Part shown: piece by piece, positions 1 through 12,725 of the stretch
Layout of the letters: every line of letters starts with the position of its first letter
Numbering within the stretch: position 1 is the stretch's first letter
Assembly (NCBI GenBank): GCA_043228905.1
Contig: JBHGNT010000022.1
Span: forward strand, 8,804,001-8,868,000
Source: Azolla caroliniana
Taxonomy: Eukaryota > Plantae > Polypodiophyta
Reading direction: 5' to 3'
Length of the DNA stretch: 64,000 bases
Program-made: the position numbers and the translations under genes
Notes under the pieces: generated by a model
The model's input: the letters and a program-made list of their open reading frames with translations, nothing else
Databases searched by the model: none
What the model was told of the DNA's origin: nothing

Positions 1-434
1 TTTATTGGACTTTTGCAGATGGGAGTGTCTTTAACAAAAGTTATTTACTCACTAAAATAATATCCCGAACTGCCACTCACATGTTGCATAAAAAATTTGA
101 ATGAAATGTTTGCCTAAAACAAACTCTCTCTAGAGCTGCTAATCACGTGTTGCATAGAAATGTGAAGATAAGGAAGGTCTTTAATGAAAGCACTGTCTAG
201 TAAAATGTATGCCAGTGCACAGGGAACAATTTTATCTTTTTGATATTTCTTTTCATTTAGCTCCTTATTTCGGTATATCTGAAGTTCAAATGTGTCAGAA
301 AGCTAAAACTGTTTGGAATGAGGAGCCAAATAGAGAAAATTTGTTGAGAATTAGGCAAAATCATGTTACATGAAGCTTGTAGAGCTTCTCCAGAACTATA
401 TTACTGACTCCATGCCTTCTTTGTTGTTAAACAG

Positions 435-900
435 TGCATCCAATTCTGAATGAGCTCGAGACAGCATCCGAATCTAAGAAAGTGATACGAATATCACTCA
501 CATTATGCACATCAATTTATGTAGCAACTAGTGTCTTTTGCTTTCTCTTGTTTGGAGAAGACACATTGACTGATGTCCTATCCAATTTTGATACGGATCT
601 TGGAGTACCACATTCAGCCCTTTTATCAGATATAGTTCGAGTTGGATATGCATTTCATCTAATGCTTGTGTACCCATTATTGAATTTCGCACTTCGACTG
701 AATGTGGATGGGCTCATCTTCCCGAGAGCTGTTCCAATATCTGCTGATCCACGCCGTTTTGCAATACTCACAACAGGCATAATTCTTGCAACTTTTCTTG
801 GAGCATCTTTTATTCCGGATATCTCCGATGCCTTCCAAATTACAGGGTCCACTTCAGCTGTATGCATTGGTTTTATCTTCCCGGGTTTACTGGTTCTGCG
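435..900 (+). CDS. Amino-acid transporter (AAAP/AVT6-like), penultimate exon; gene starts upstream of the window
   Basis: Hydrophobic ORF 'VHPILNEL...LLFGEDTLTDVLSNFD...GFIFPGLLVLR'; AG acceptor 433-434, GT donor at 901. Confidence 0.85.
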
Positions 901-1631
901 GTAAGGTTATGCTTTCTTTTGCAGTTATTGTGTTTTTTAAACTACAGTGGATAAACTATGGGCATTTTTTAAATTTACTAGAATACTCATCTGTTAATTA
1001 TGTGCATTCTGGTAAACATTCTTATGGTATGGGTAAATTTCCCACAGTAAGACTTAATAGGATTATGAAAGGAAATACCCTGTTAAATTCTTTTGCAACT
1101 ATTATTATGAATGTTGATGTAAGAGCCACATCCAACCATTATTAGCAGCATTTTGTGAAAGAATAATACTAATGTCTGTTAAATTCTAATCTTAGATCTG
1201 TATATGAAAGAGAAAAATGGAACATAAAGTTAACTTATTTATGAGTAAAATAGGAAGTATTTACTTTTTACCGAAAATGGAAGGAATTTCTGTTACCTTA
1301 GTTGCCCATAAAATCAATAAACTAATGAAATTTGAGGGAATAGACAAGCCAGATTATATTAAAATGTTAAAAATAGGCGAGATTCTGTGAGATAATGTTT
1401 CTATACAGTTTAGCTATAATTTAAACTTTCAATGAGGCTCTAATATTGTCTATATACATGCTAAACTTAATATAATTAGAAAAACATGTGTAGGAAATTT
1501 TAGCAATTTTTTGTTACATTGATATCCCAAATGTCGCTGTGATGTAACCATATAATCAAAGGAGTCTATATTGACTATGGTATTTGGTTTCGATGGCTAA
1601 CATATTATATACTGTCTGTCATACCTACCAG

Positions 1632-1746
1632 GGATACCCATAAAATAGCATCAAAGCAAGACAAGGTGACTGCATGGTTTATGGTGTTACTGGCTATTGG
1701 TGCAAGTATTATAGCTCTGACGGGGGATATCTACAGTCTTTTCTAA
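1632..1746 (+). CDS. AVT6-like transporter, last exon ((R)DTHKIASKQDKVTAWFMVLLAIGASIIALTGDIYSLF*)
   Basis: CAG acceptor 1629-1631, phase compatible with the previous exon; typical AVT6 C-terminal TM helix; TAA 1744-1746. Confidence 0.8.
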
Positions 1747-4554
1747 CCAAAGAATTCTATTGGTTTGATTTCTCGATGCAAGTGACAGCCACAAGCTCTG
1801 TAAATATACAACCCTTGAAATATTTCTCTATTCCCTTTGTGATAGAGTTCTATCAAGAGTCAATGCTAAGTGTAACACAAATAATGGTGTGGGCTGTCAC
1901 CACCACAAGCTATTAAGAGCCACATTTTTTTCTATCAATGATCATTATTAATGTTGTACAAAACAGTTTTCAAATTTTGTTTTTTTGATTGTACTCTTTC
2001 TTAGCTTGGGTATGATTGTGGCATTTCAATAAATACAGTCATCTCTCGGAGAGCATTCCTGTTATTCATATCTTTCTTAGCTTGGGTATCATTATGGCAT
2101 TTCTTAGCCTTGGTGGAAAGTGATGTAAAAGTTTCAGAAATAGTAGTGGGAGGAGGTAATCTCTCAAAAGTGCAGGATGTGAATAAACTTTAATTGAAAA
2201 TCGCCAAAGCAACACTTAAAACACAAAAATCAAAGTCGGATTGTACATAAAATACTGGAATATAACTTTGACTAGAAAGGCACCAATTGAAATCGTCCAT
2301 AATATACTTGATTGAAATAAATGCCAGCCTTACGAAGGGAATGATATAATATCCAGCCACACTGCACTAAAGTTCATTCACTGAATCAGAATAATGGCTA
2401 CTAGGAGCTGAAAGGAATCTATTTGATATGGTTATTCAACAAGTTTGCAAGGCATATTTGGAAACTAGAGGAGTTTCCAAGTTGAAGCAAGATATGGCAA
2501 ATTTAAAAACTACTAGAGCTAACCATCCATCTATACTTTCAGAGCATAAGAAAGCCATTGATGTATCTATAAAATTTCTGTTCATTAAAAGATATTAAAT
2601 GACTTTCCTAATCACACCCCCATGACATCCCATGTTGCAATTCATATAGTCAGTGTCAGAAGGAAAACATATTTCTCATAGCACCAATAAATATTTTAGT
2701 TTTGCATACATTGTTTTCCTGCAAATTCTATACCCAATAGAAGATGATGAACGTTCAAATGCTCAAGTAGCAAATAAGTTTCCTAGTGAAAGTTGTGATA
2801 ATATATAGTTTTGCTTGTATAGTTGAGGACATTTCCATGCCATGTAGTCAAGTATATAGCCAACATCTGATCTAAAACACGACATCAAAGTGGCAATATA
2901 TATGGTTACCCATTTGCATGCATAATTTCAATTTGAGAGTATTATCAATAGTTAACAGAGACTTCCGAAGATTTTATGCTTATGCATCATACATATACCC
3001 AATGTCTACTTGGAAACATGTTTCATGACTGCAATATACAAATTAGAGTTTGTTGGGATTGATTAAAGGCCCTTTAGGTTTCTCTAACTAAACTAAAAAA
3101 ACATTTTTATATTATTTAATATTTTCTAATTTTTGTTAAAGTTGCACAATCTCATTTTTAGAACTGTACTACAACATCTAAAAGAATATTTTGTAGTTTG
3201 AATGGGATTCTTGGATAGGATACAACTAGAAATACAACTAAACTAAATGTAGTGTTAGTTATACAAGATTTTGCCATGCAGACTTGGATAATTGACTTTG
3301 GTGCCTCCTTTCATTGCACTCCTCGTAAGGAGTCCTTTCTCTCATTTTCCTCCTTTCATTGAAGGTTTACCTTGACAATAACCATGCCAACATTGAAGGA
3401 CTTGGCGTTGTTAGAGTGGCCATGAAGAATAGTCAAGAACTAACACTAGACCAAGTTTGGTTTGTTCCGTGGATTAAGAAGAGCTTGGTGTCTGTGGGAC
3501 AACTTGATTTACAAGGCTATTCTACAAAAGATTAGGGTTTAGGTCATAAAATGGAGTTGAATTGTGGGACAAAAGATTAGGTCATATGAACCAAAAGGGC
3601 TTGAACATTTCTACTCTCTTCTCAGAAGTTGGTTCCCAAAGGCAATAAACTTGATTTTCGCAATGATTGCCTTTATGGAAAACAAGTAAAGAGTTTTTAT
3701 AACACTAGTTCTTCAAAGAAAACAACACCACTTGAGCTCATACACTATGATTTATGTACTGTGCGTACTAAATCCTTAGAAGGCTCTTTACATTCATTGA
3801 TGATTACTCTAGAAAGTGTCGGGCATATTTACGGAAGGATAAGATTGAAGTGTTTGTTGTTTTTAGAAACTTCCATGCCTTTATCATTACTCAAACATGC
3901 TTGAAATTGAAATGTCTAAGGACAAACAATGGAGGAGAGTATATCAACAATTGGTTTACAAATTTTTGTGCAAAAAATGGAATCAAGAGAGAGCTTACAA
4001 TTCTACACATCCAACATCTAATGGAATGGTTGAACGATACAACAGGACAATATGTGAAGGGGTTCAATGTTGTTGTCCACTGCTAGTCTACCTAATGCAT
4101 TTTAGGGAGAGGCTTTACAAACTGTAGTCCATATTATTAATTGATTCTCACACAATTCGCTCAAAGGTGGCATACAAGAGGAGTTTTGGTTTGGCAAATC
4201 AACCTCATATGATCATTTGTGCATTTTCGGTTGTGAAGCTTTCGTGCACGTTAGCCAAGAGCTAAGAAACAAGCTAGATGCAAAATCCATCAAAGGTGTC
4301 TTTTAGGGATACAGTGCAAATGGTGAGATGGGTTACAAAATTTGGTTATTTCATTTCCGAAAGGTAATCAAAAGTCATGATGTTGTATTCAATGAAGCAA
4401 AGTCAAAAGCAATTGTACTGAATCATTAGAATCAACAAAAAGAGTGGAATTTCAACAATAACCAACCATTGACTCAAGAATAACATATGAGGGTGATGAT
4501 GAATAAGTAGAGATCTACAACCTAGTTCTATTGCTAAAAGAAGATGGACATCAA

Positions 4555-5096
4555 TGTTAGCCGGTCGGCTACAGGGTCGGAGTCGGACAAGTCTGAAAGC
4601 GTCGGAGTCAACAAGGTTCGGAAGTACAAGGGAGACAGAGTCGGATCGACAACGCGGACTGATGATTCAACATTTTGCCAAGTAGATAAAAATAGATATA
4701 TTAGAATTAGTTAGACAGTTTTGTGATAGTTCTTGCCGAACAAAGGCAAGTGTATTCTTGGTAAAAGACTCTCGGTTTTACCTATAAAAAGGGATTGAGA
4801 GCATTGTATTTCTATTGTTCTATTTTGGTATTAATATAAGTTAGTGGTTAGGATATCTCTATGTCGACAGTCTCTCTGTGTAGTACTATTCTCAGTGTCG
4901 ATTCCGAGTCGCTATGCCTACTAAGGAATTATATTAAGATACTAATAGTAGATCATAATTACTCAGATATCAAGTCGTAATTAGTTAGTACGCCTATCCA
5001 TCCTTCTACCACAATCATCTTGATAGAATGTTCAGATCGGAATGTTCGATGTATTGTGTTGGCTATGCACAATAATCGAGTGTCGGCCAAACAACA
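4555..5096 (+). mobile_element. Solo LTR inserted in the Copia
   Basis: TGTT...AACA ends; TSD ATCAA at 4550-4554 and 5097-5101; TATAAAA ~4783. Confidence 0.85.
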
Positions 5097-5582
5097 ATCA
5101 AAATAGAGAAATTTTAAACCTTCATGATGAAGATAAAATACAACCACCTGCAAATGAAGAAATAACTATTGAACTACAACAAGAAGATACTCCATTAGAT
5201 TTGGAACCAATTCTAGATAATGTTGATCACTAGGTTAGGAGATCAACACTGTTGAGGCGACCAACACAAAGCTATGATCCATCTCTTCATCAAATTCTTT
5301 TAACAGATGAAGGGGATCCTCTCACTCTTAAAGAGTCTAGGACATGTGAACATTCTAACAAATAGGAGCTCGCTATGCAAGAGGAGATCAAAGCACTCTA
5401 TGAAAACAACATGTGGGTGCTTGTGGAGCTACCCAAAGGTAAAAAGGCTATACCTAACAAGTGGGTCTACAAGGTAAAGACTCTAGAAGGTAAAACCAAG
5501 TATAAGGTTCGTTTGGTAACCGAAGGATACAAACAAATACAAGGAATTGATTTTTAGGAGGTTCTACTCTAGTAGTCAAAGG

Positions 5583-6073
5583 TGTTGTACGTTTTAGGGT
5601 TAGGGTTAACATTTATGATAATCATGATGATTGATGATAAAGATAGACATGGTGGGTGTGATGACGATGGAGAGTATGATGGTGAGAGAGATCATGAAGA
5701 GGTTGAGAATCATTGAGAAGCATTGCGGGGTGGGGGTGGTGCCTAGAATGGTCCACCCCCCTCCCAAGGGGGTTCAATGTTAAGGGGAGGGAAGAGAGAG
5801 AGGGAGAGAGAGATGACAAGAGAGAGATTGAGAGAGAAATGGTTATTGTTCCATTCATTCATTCCCCATAAGGGGTTAAATAGGTACAAAGGGGTAGATC
5901 CACAAGGGTGTAAGCCCCTTGGGCATTCACACCTAGTCACTCACTCACACCTCTTTGTATCCACCACACTCACACTCATAATCGTATAAGATTACACATA
6001 CATATCAACACATTACATCTTTCATCCTCACTTATCACACTTATCAATCACCCGTACATCTCGTACGGTAACA
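5583..6073 (-). mobile_element. Solo LTR inserted in the Copia RT (between PVVK-like and MATLR codons)
   Basis: TGTT...TAACA ends; RT homology resumes after it; TSD degenerate (AAAGG/AAAAT); contains TTTAGGGTTAGGGTT; strand tentative. Confidence 0.7.
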
Positions 6074-7449
6074 AAAATGGCTACACTCAGGACACTTTTT
6101 GCTATCTCAGCCTTTTTGGATTTAAAGTTATAGCAAATGGTAGCCTAGATGAGAAACTTATATGTTGCCGTCTCAAGGGTTCTTGATTCTAGGAAACGAA
6201 CATTTAGTTTGTAAATTTCGACATAGCCTCTATGGGCTGGAACAAGCCCATGTCTTTGGTAAAAGAAATTTGATTCTTTTATGATTTCAAATGGCTTCAA
6301 TCGAAGTATGGCAGGTCCTTGTCTCTATATGAAAAAGGAAACTAATGGTAGTTCTATTATTTTGGGTTTGTATGTTGATGACATGCTCATTGCAAGAAAG
6401 CATGACACAAGTTTGCAAGAATTAAAAAGCACTAATCAAATGTGTATTTTCTATGAAAGATCTCGGAAACGCTAAGCACATTCTTGGGATAAGAATAAGA
6501 CGGGACAGACAAAATAAGTTATTGTTTGTGTCCCAAGAGAAGTACATTGAGAAGGTATTGGAAAGATTTCAATGATTGATGCAAGCCATCCTCAATGCCT
6601 CAATCACAAGAAAAGCTTTCAAAAGCACATTAATCCAAAGACAAAGAGGAAAAAGTAAAAATTCTGGCTGTCCCATATGCTTTAGCTTGTGGGTCATTGA
6701 TGTATGCAATGGTAGCGACATGACCTAATATTGCATATGTAGTAGTAGTAGTAAGTAGATTTATGAGTTAACCTAGACGAAGTCATTGGGTTGCAATCAA
6801 GTTTATCCTTAAATATCTCAAAGGCCCTAAGAAAAAAAGCATTTGTTATTGTAAAGGGGACTTGAATGTTCATGGCTATTGTGATTCTGATATGGCTGAA
6901 GATGTAGACACAAGAAAACCTACTTATGGCTACATTTATACTCTTGTACGGGTAACTATTTCATGGTGTTCAAGGTTGTGAGTTGTTGCACTCTCTAGTA
7001 CAAATGTTGAGTGTATCTCAACTACGGAGGCATCAAAGGAGGCCATTTGGTTAACTTTCTTGTAGTGACCTTGGACTTCCAAAACAAATTCCAACCCTAC
7101 ATTGTGATAACCAAAGTGCCATATGTTTGGCAAAGAACCTTGTTTACCACACAAGGACCAAACGTATTGATATTCACTATGACTTCAATAGAGAGGTGAT
7201 AGAGGGTGGTCAAATCCAATTGGTCAGGATTGATACCACCGAGAACTCGACATATTGTTTAATAAAGTGTTTATCAAAGACAATTCACCAACCCTCTCTT
7301 CAGTGAGTGGGAGTTGTCTATTAGAGTAGCCTAGCTCCTTTAAGTGGGAGGTTGTTGGGATTAAAGGCCCTTTAGGTTTCACTTGGAAACATGTTTCTAA
7401 TGTAGCAACATTATACAGAAAATGCACATTTCATGAATGCTCATGCCCA

Positions 7450-9849
7450 TTATTCACTCAGAAACAGGGTTTCTCCCAACAGAAAATCATGAAACTGTTC
7501 ATTTACATAAAGTGACACACCATTTCCTTGACACTGCTGATGGCCAGAGGCATATTTCTGTCGCATGGCTTCAACCTTCATGGCATCCTCTTGCATACCA
7601 GCGGCTGCAAATAGATTAACCATAAGTATATAAGCTGCAGAGCAGCAACTCTCTATTTGCACTGCCTGATCAAAAGCTAATCTCCCAAGCCTTACATTCC
7701 CCCATTTTCGACAAGCACCCAACAATGCAAGCCAAACAGCTGGATTATCATAAGATGGCATCACCTTAATAACTGATATTGCCTTGTCAAAGTGACCTGT
7801 CCGTCCAAACACCGCTACCATGCAAATATGATGCTCCAAGGTCGGAGAAATTCCGTATGTTTCGGTCATCTCTCCAAAAAGCATTTGAGCCTCATCCATT
7901 AGGCCTGAATGACCACATGCACTCAGAACACATAGGAATGTGACTGCATTTGGAGAAAGGCCGTCGCTTCGCATTCTCTCAAAACACCTTAATGCTTCCT
8001 GACCTCGTCCCTCCTGAGCATACCCTGCAATTAGAGTAGACCATGAGATTATATCTCGAACTGGAAGTCCCTGAAGAACATCTTGTGCTTTTGCTAACAT
8101 ACCACATTTAGCATACATATCCACTAAAGCATTCCCGAGTACAATATCTTTCTCAAGAAATCCCCTATTCAGAATCTTTTCATGAATTTCTCTGCCTTTC
8201 TCTATAGCTCCTGTTGTTCCACAAGCATTTACTATGCAGATAAAGGTGATAGAATCTGGAAAGAGGCCCTCGCTTTGCATTCGTTCGAAACAGTTCAATG
8301 CCTCATGACCCTGGCCCTGTTGAGCATACCCTGCAATCAGAGTGTTCCAAGATATTATATCTGGAGTGGGAAGCCCTTCTAGCACTTTTTGTGCTTTCGT
8401 GAGCTCACCACATTTGGCATACATATCAATCAAAGCATTGCCAAGCTCAATATCCTTCATTAGCAAGTTTCTACTCATGATTTCCTCATGAATTTGTTCA
8501 CCGTTGATTGTAGCTCCTATGTTACCACATGCCTTCAAGATGCAAATTAACGTGACTACGTTCGGAGGTATGCCCTCACTCTGCATTTGTTCAAAACAAT
8601 TGAGTGCTTGTTGGCATTGCCCCTGCTCAGCATACCCTGCAATCAATGCAGACCATGAGACTATGCTTCGAACAGGAAGCCTTTCAAGCACTTCTTGTGC
8701 TTTTGCAAGCACTCCGCATTTGGCATACATATCCACTACCGCATTGCCGAGGACTGCTACCCTTTCAAACAAGCCATTAATCACAATATCTTCGTGTATC
8801 TGTTTACCCTTGTCTATATCTCTTGCATTGCCACAAGCCTGCAAGATGCAAACATAAGCAACTGGATCTGGAGAGAGACCTTCTCTTTGCATACGCTCAA
8901 AACACTCGAGTGCTTCATGACCTTGTCCATTGTGCGTGTATCCTACAATTAATGTAGACCACGAGATTACATTACGAACTGGAAGCTCTTCAAGCACCTC
9001 TTGTGCTTTTGCAACCAATCCACATTTGGCATACATGTCCATCAAAGCAGTGCCAAGTACAACATCCTCATTTAGCAAGCGTTTGCTCACAATCTCATTA
9101 TGAATTTGTTTTCCTTCGTTTATGGCTCTTATGCAGCCACATGCCTTTAAGACACCTATGAAGGTGATTGCATTTGGAGAGATGCCATCATTTTTCATCT
9201 GTTCAAAACAATTCAATGCATCATGACCTTGCTCCAGTTGAGCATACCCTGTAATCAGAGCATTCCATGAAATCACATCTCGAACAGGGAGTTCCTTGAG
9301 AACGTCTTGTGCTTTTGCAAGAAACCCACATTTTGCATACATATCCACCAGAGCATTGCCAAGTACAATATTCCTCTTCAGTAAACCCCTACTCAAAATC
9401 TCTTTGTGAATTTGTTTGCCCTTGTCTATAGCTCGCAATGCACCGCAAGCCTTTAAGATGCAAGTGAAAGTGATTGCATCTGGACAAAGACCCTCATTTT
9501 GCATCTGGTCAAAACAATTCAATGCCTCATGGCCTTGTCCATGTTGGGCATACCCAGAAATTAGTGCAGACCAAGAGACTTTGTCTCGGACAGGAAGCTC
9601 TTCAAGCATTTCTTGTGCTTTTCTGAGCATTCCACATTTCGCATACATATTGATTAAAGCATTGGCTAGATAAGGACTCTTTTCAAGTAAACCTCTCTCC
9701 ACAATCTTTGTATGAAGTATAGTACCTTTATGAAGATCCTTTTTCTTGGCACAAGCCGTTACTAAGGTCAGAAAGGAAAATTCCTTGTGGCCTGTAATTT
9801 CTTTACTGTTTAATCCCCTATGTATTGATTGCACAACAGATCTTCTCAT
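7450..9849 (-). CDS. PLS-class pentatricopeptide repeat protein with E domain and no DYW (organellar RNA-editing factor family)
   Basis: 799-aa intronless ORF with ~101-aa P-L-S triplets (NALVDMYAKCG.../SWNALIAGYAQ.../TFICILKACG) and C-terminal E motif WLALLGACRKWGN...AYILMVNLFAAAG. Confidence 0.93.
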   Translation of the reverse strand: MRRSVVQSIHRGLNSKEITGHKEFSFLTLVTACAKKKDLHKGTILHTKIVERGLLEKSPYLANALINMYAKCGMLRKAQEMLEELPVRDKVSWSALISGYAQHGQGHEALNCFDQMQNEGLCPDAITFTCILKACGALRAIDKGKQIHKEILSRGLLKRNIVLGNALVDMYAKCGFLAKAQDVLKELPVRDVISWNALITGYAQLEQGHDALNCFEQMKNDGISPNAITFIGVLKACGCIRAINEGKQIHNEIVSKRLLNEDVVLGTALMDMYAKCGLVAKAQEVLEELPVRNVISWSTLIVGYTHNGQGHEALECFERMQREGLSPDPVAYVCILQACGNARDIDKGKQIHEDIVINGLFERVAVLGNAVVDMYAKCGVLAKAQEVLERLPVRSIVSWSALIAGYAEQGQCQQALNCFEQMQSEGIPPNVVTLICILKACGNIGATINGEQIHEEIMSRNLLMKDIELGNALIDMYAKCGELTKAQKVLEGLPTPDIISWNTLIAGYAQQGQGHEALNCFERMQSEGLFPDSITFICIVNACGTTGAIEKGREIHEKILNRGFLEKDIVLGNALVDMYAKCGMLAKAQDVLQGLPVRDIISWSTLIAGYAQEGRGQEALRCFERMRSDGLSPNAVTFLCVLSACGHSGLMDEAQMLFGEMTETYGISPTLEHHICMVAVFGRTGHFDKAISVIKVMPSYDNPAVWLALLGACRKWGNVRLGRLAFDQAVQIESCCSAAYILMVNLFAAAGMQEDAMKVEAMRQKYASGHQQCQGNGVSLYVNEQFHDFLLGETLFLSE

Positions 9850-10514
9850 CAGCTCTTCAAGTACCCAAAAGGGATTGGGGTATCCATGAATCTATAAAAG
9901 CTCATAAGTGTTTGGGCGTCTGAAGTCTGCTAATCTGAAGGTGCTCACTCTCTCTCTATACACACACACACACACACCTTCTAATGAATCCAAAATTTCA
10001 ATGCAAAACTCTTCGCAGAGATAACCATCTCTTCTTCTCTCCAATGAGTTCAAGTTCTGAGCAACGCTAGAAATCCCATCCCTCCCTCCCTCCCTCCCTC
10101 CTTCTATCCTTCTCTTGAAAATTTCAGAACACACAGGAGAAAACCCATCATCACTAACTCCCACTGATGATTCATATCTCTCTGTCATGTGCATACCTTG
10201 CTGATACACTTTTGTGGCACCACCACAAAAGGATTGCTGAATCAATCATTCCATAGAGGGCCTACATTTCTGCAGTGATTTCTCCAAGAAACTTCATCCT
10301 TCACAGACCATTTGTCTGGTTTTCCATATGCCTTGGAAAACCAGACATCTTGATCTAAGTAAGGCCTGCAGGAGAAAGAAGGAGAGAAAATGAAGAACAG
10401 TCACTCTCTGAGTTTTTGTTTAATTCCCAAATTGAAATAAAAGCTTTGGTTATTTCCCTTAAATGCCCCTCCTCATTTTTTCTCTTTCTCTCTATCTACA
10501 AATGCCCCTGGTTC

Positions 10515-10626
10515 ACATACATACATTTCATACATACATCCATCCATCCATACATACATCCTTACATACATCTATCCATACATACATACATACATACATA
10601 CATACATACATACATCCATACATACA
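10515..10626. repeat. (TACA/TCCA)n microsatellite
   Basis: Directly visible tetranucleotide array. Confidence 0.9.
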
Positions 10627-12281
10627 AGTTTACAACACATGTGCATAGATTGATTGGTAGACAAATATATGTTTAATGTCCATGAGAAACCAATGGTGAT
10701 GCATTGAATTGGGTTGAGCCCTTGGCAAAGATCCAACTTGGGTTCTCTCAAATTTTCGATTTTGATTGTAATCAAAGTCACCCGAGTCTCCTTTAGTTAT
10801 TTCCTAGAAATTCCCCTCTTGAAGACTTCCATTGTCAATATCCAGACAAACCGGGTCCTCAATTCAAAACGACTCGTGACACTCGTCGTTTTAAAAGGGG
10901 GATAGTGTCATGATATGGCAAGATTCAAACCCATGACCTTACGTTACATGGGTTGAGTTCTTGACAATTAGACTATATGTTGTAATACAAAAGGTATTAT
11001 TTCAATTTAAGTTTTACTATAGAAAATTGATGTATATTCCAGATTTCTTTGGAACATTCTAGAAACTTCAGGAGTACTCATGAGAACAGTATAAAAGGAG
11101 GCACAAGGCATTATTTCGAACCAAATTGGTTCAACGCCAGTCTTAAGCCTCCTAGCACCTATTGTATATTCCCTTAACATAATATATATCTTTTGTTATC
11201 CTCATTCTCTCTCTCTCTCTCTCTCTCTCTTTCCTTCTCTCGAGAGTTCTACACCTCCCTTAGTACTAATCCTCATCTTTTAGTACTAATTCCTTCTCTG
11301 TTTTAGTACTGTTCCTAATAGTACTTCTCTGTCTTAGTACTGCTCCTGACAGTTTGAACTGATTTGCCTCTCCTTCCTTCTCTTCCTTTATCTTCTTACT
11401 TCTCCCTCCCTTCATACTAATCTCTTATTCTCTTTTCTCTCATACTATGACCACTGTTAGCGCTCAAGAATATCAATCTGCTTTCTCAAAGCTGCAATGC
11501 TTGAAAGAGAAGTTCCTTGCTTTGGAACAAGAAAATCAACGGTTGTTGGGGGATCTTCAACAAATCTCCTTAGAAAAGCAGCTAGTGCAACAACAACATG
11601 GGGAACTAGTGGTACGCGTGCAACAACTCGAAGCAGCCTTAGTAGCGATGCAACAACAAGGACCTAGTACGCAAGGGATTCATAAAGAACCCAAGATCGT
11701 CCTTCCCATGAAATTCGATGGAACATGATCGCAGTTTAGAGGATTCCTTAATCAGGTACGATTAGTCATTCAAATGTGCCATCCTTCTTGATATCCCACC
11801 GATGCATCACGAGTGGGACTAGTAGGCACTCTACTTAGTGGCACGGTTTTGGCACGGTTCCCCCCCCTGTTAGAAAAAAACTCTCCCTTGTTAAATAATC
11901 TCAGAGAGTTTATTACCAAGTTTAAAGCCTGTTTTGGAGATATCGACAGTGTTAGAACAACAATCAACAAAATCTGAAGATTGCGCCAAGGTAAGCGGTT
12001 GGCCTCGGCTTATGTTGCGGATTTCCGTCTTCTCGCCACCGATATTCCTTGGGATGACCAGGCACTAATGGAGCAATTTCGTTTTGGCCTACGTAATGAT
12101 GTTAAAAATTTACTCTTAACTTTCCCCGAGGAGCCAAAGTCATTGACAAAAGCAATCAGTCGTGCGGGGCGATACGATAATCGCCTCTTCAAACGATGTT
12201 CAGAACGTCAGTTCCAAATGCCACAGACAAGATTGGAACCCACCTACGCTTCAATCGTAGCAAAGCCTTTCCCAAGGGAGT

Positions 12282-12725
12282 TGTCAAAACCAAGGATAAA
12301 AGATAGAGTGATGGAAGAAGGATATTAGAGAACACGAGAAGAAAGGAACGAAATACTAAGAGAAGAATGGATGTATAAGATAGAGAAAGAAAGAGAATGG
12401 ATACAAGATATGTAATGAGAGCTAAAGACTGGTGTTGTTTCGAATTGATTTGAGAATACATGTATGCCCTTATTTATAGGTTCTTATAGAATAACTTAGA
12501 GATTTCTAGAATGTTCTAGAATGTTCTAGACCTAGAATGCTCTATGACATTCTAGAACATTCTAGAATAATCTAGAGGTTTTACAATAATCAATGTAATA
12601 CAAGAAGTAGCTTTTATTGTTTCATATAACAATAAGCTATCTTAATGGTTGAGGTTTTCAAGTATGGATTAGAAGGTTTGAGGTTCAAGTCCGGGTGACG
12701 CCATAATGGTCATGTGTTCATGACA
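12282..12725 (-). mobile_element. Solo LTR (TGTCA...TGACA) inserted in the gag of the chromovirus
   Basis: TSD GGAGT at 12277-12281 and 12726-12730; TATA box on the minus strand ~12473-12478. Confidence 0.88.

Larger units (their letters stand above)
3051..7380 (+). mobile_element. Degenerate Ty1/copia element (PR-INT-RT-RH remnants, gag missing, 3' LTR truncated)
   Basis: LTR start TGTTGGGATT..AAAGGCCCTTTAGGTTTC at 3051 and 7353; PPT AAGTGGGAG ~7342-7350; WIIDFGASFH (~3285), LRTNNGGEY, KWVYKVK, LYVDDML; many stops and frameshifts. Confidence 0.85.

Noticed and set aside
8182-9673. Plus-strand ORFs overlapping the PPR
   Set aside because: Antisense shadows of the repetitive PPR coding sequence.
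9892-9894. U-to-C editing rescue of the PPR in-frame TAG
   Set aside because: Stop-codon repair by U-to-C editing is established only for organellar transcripts, and this is a nuclear gene.
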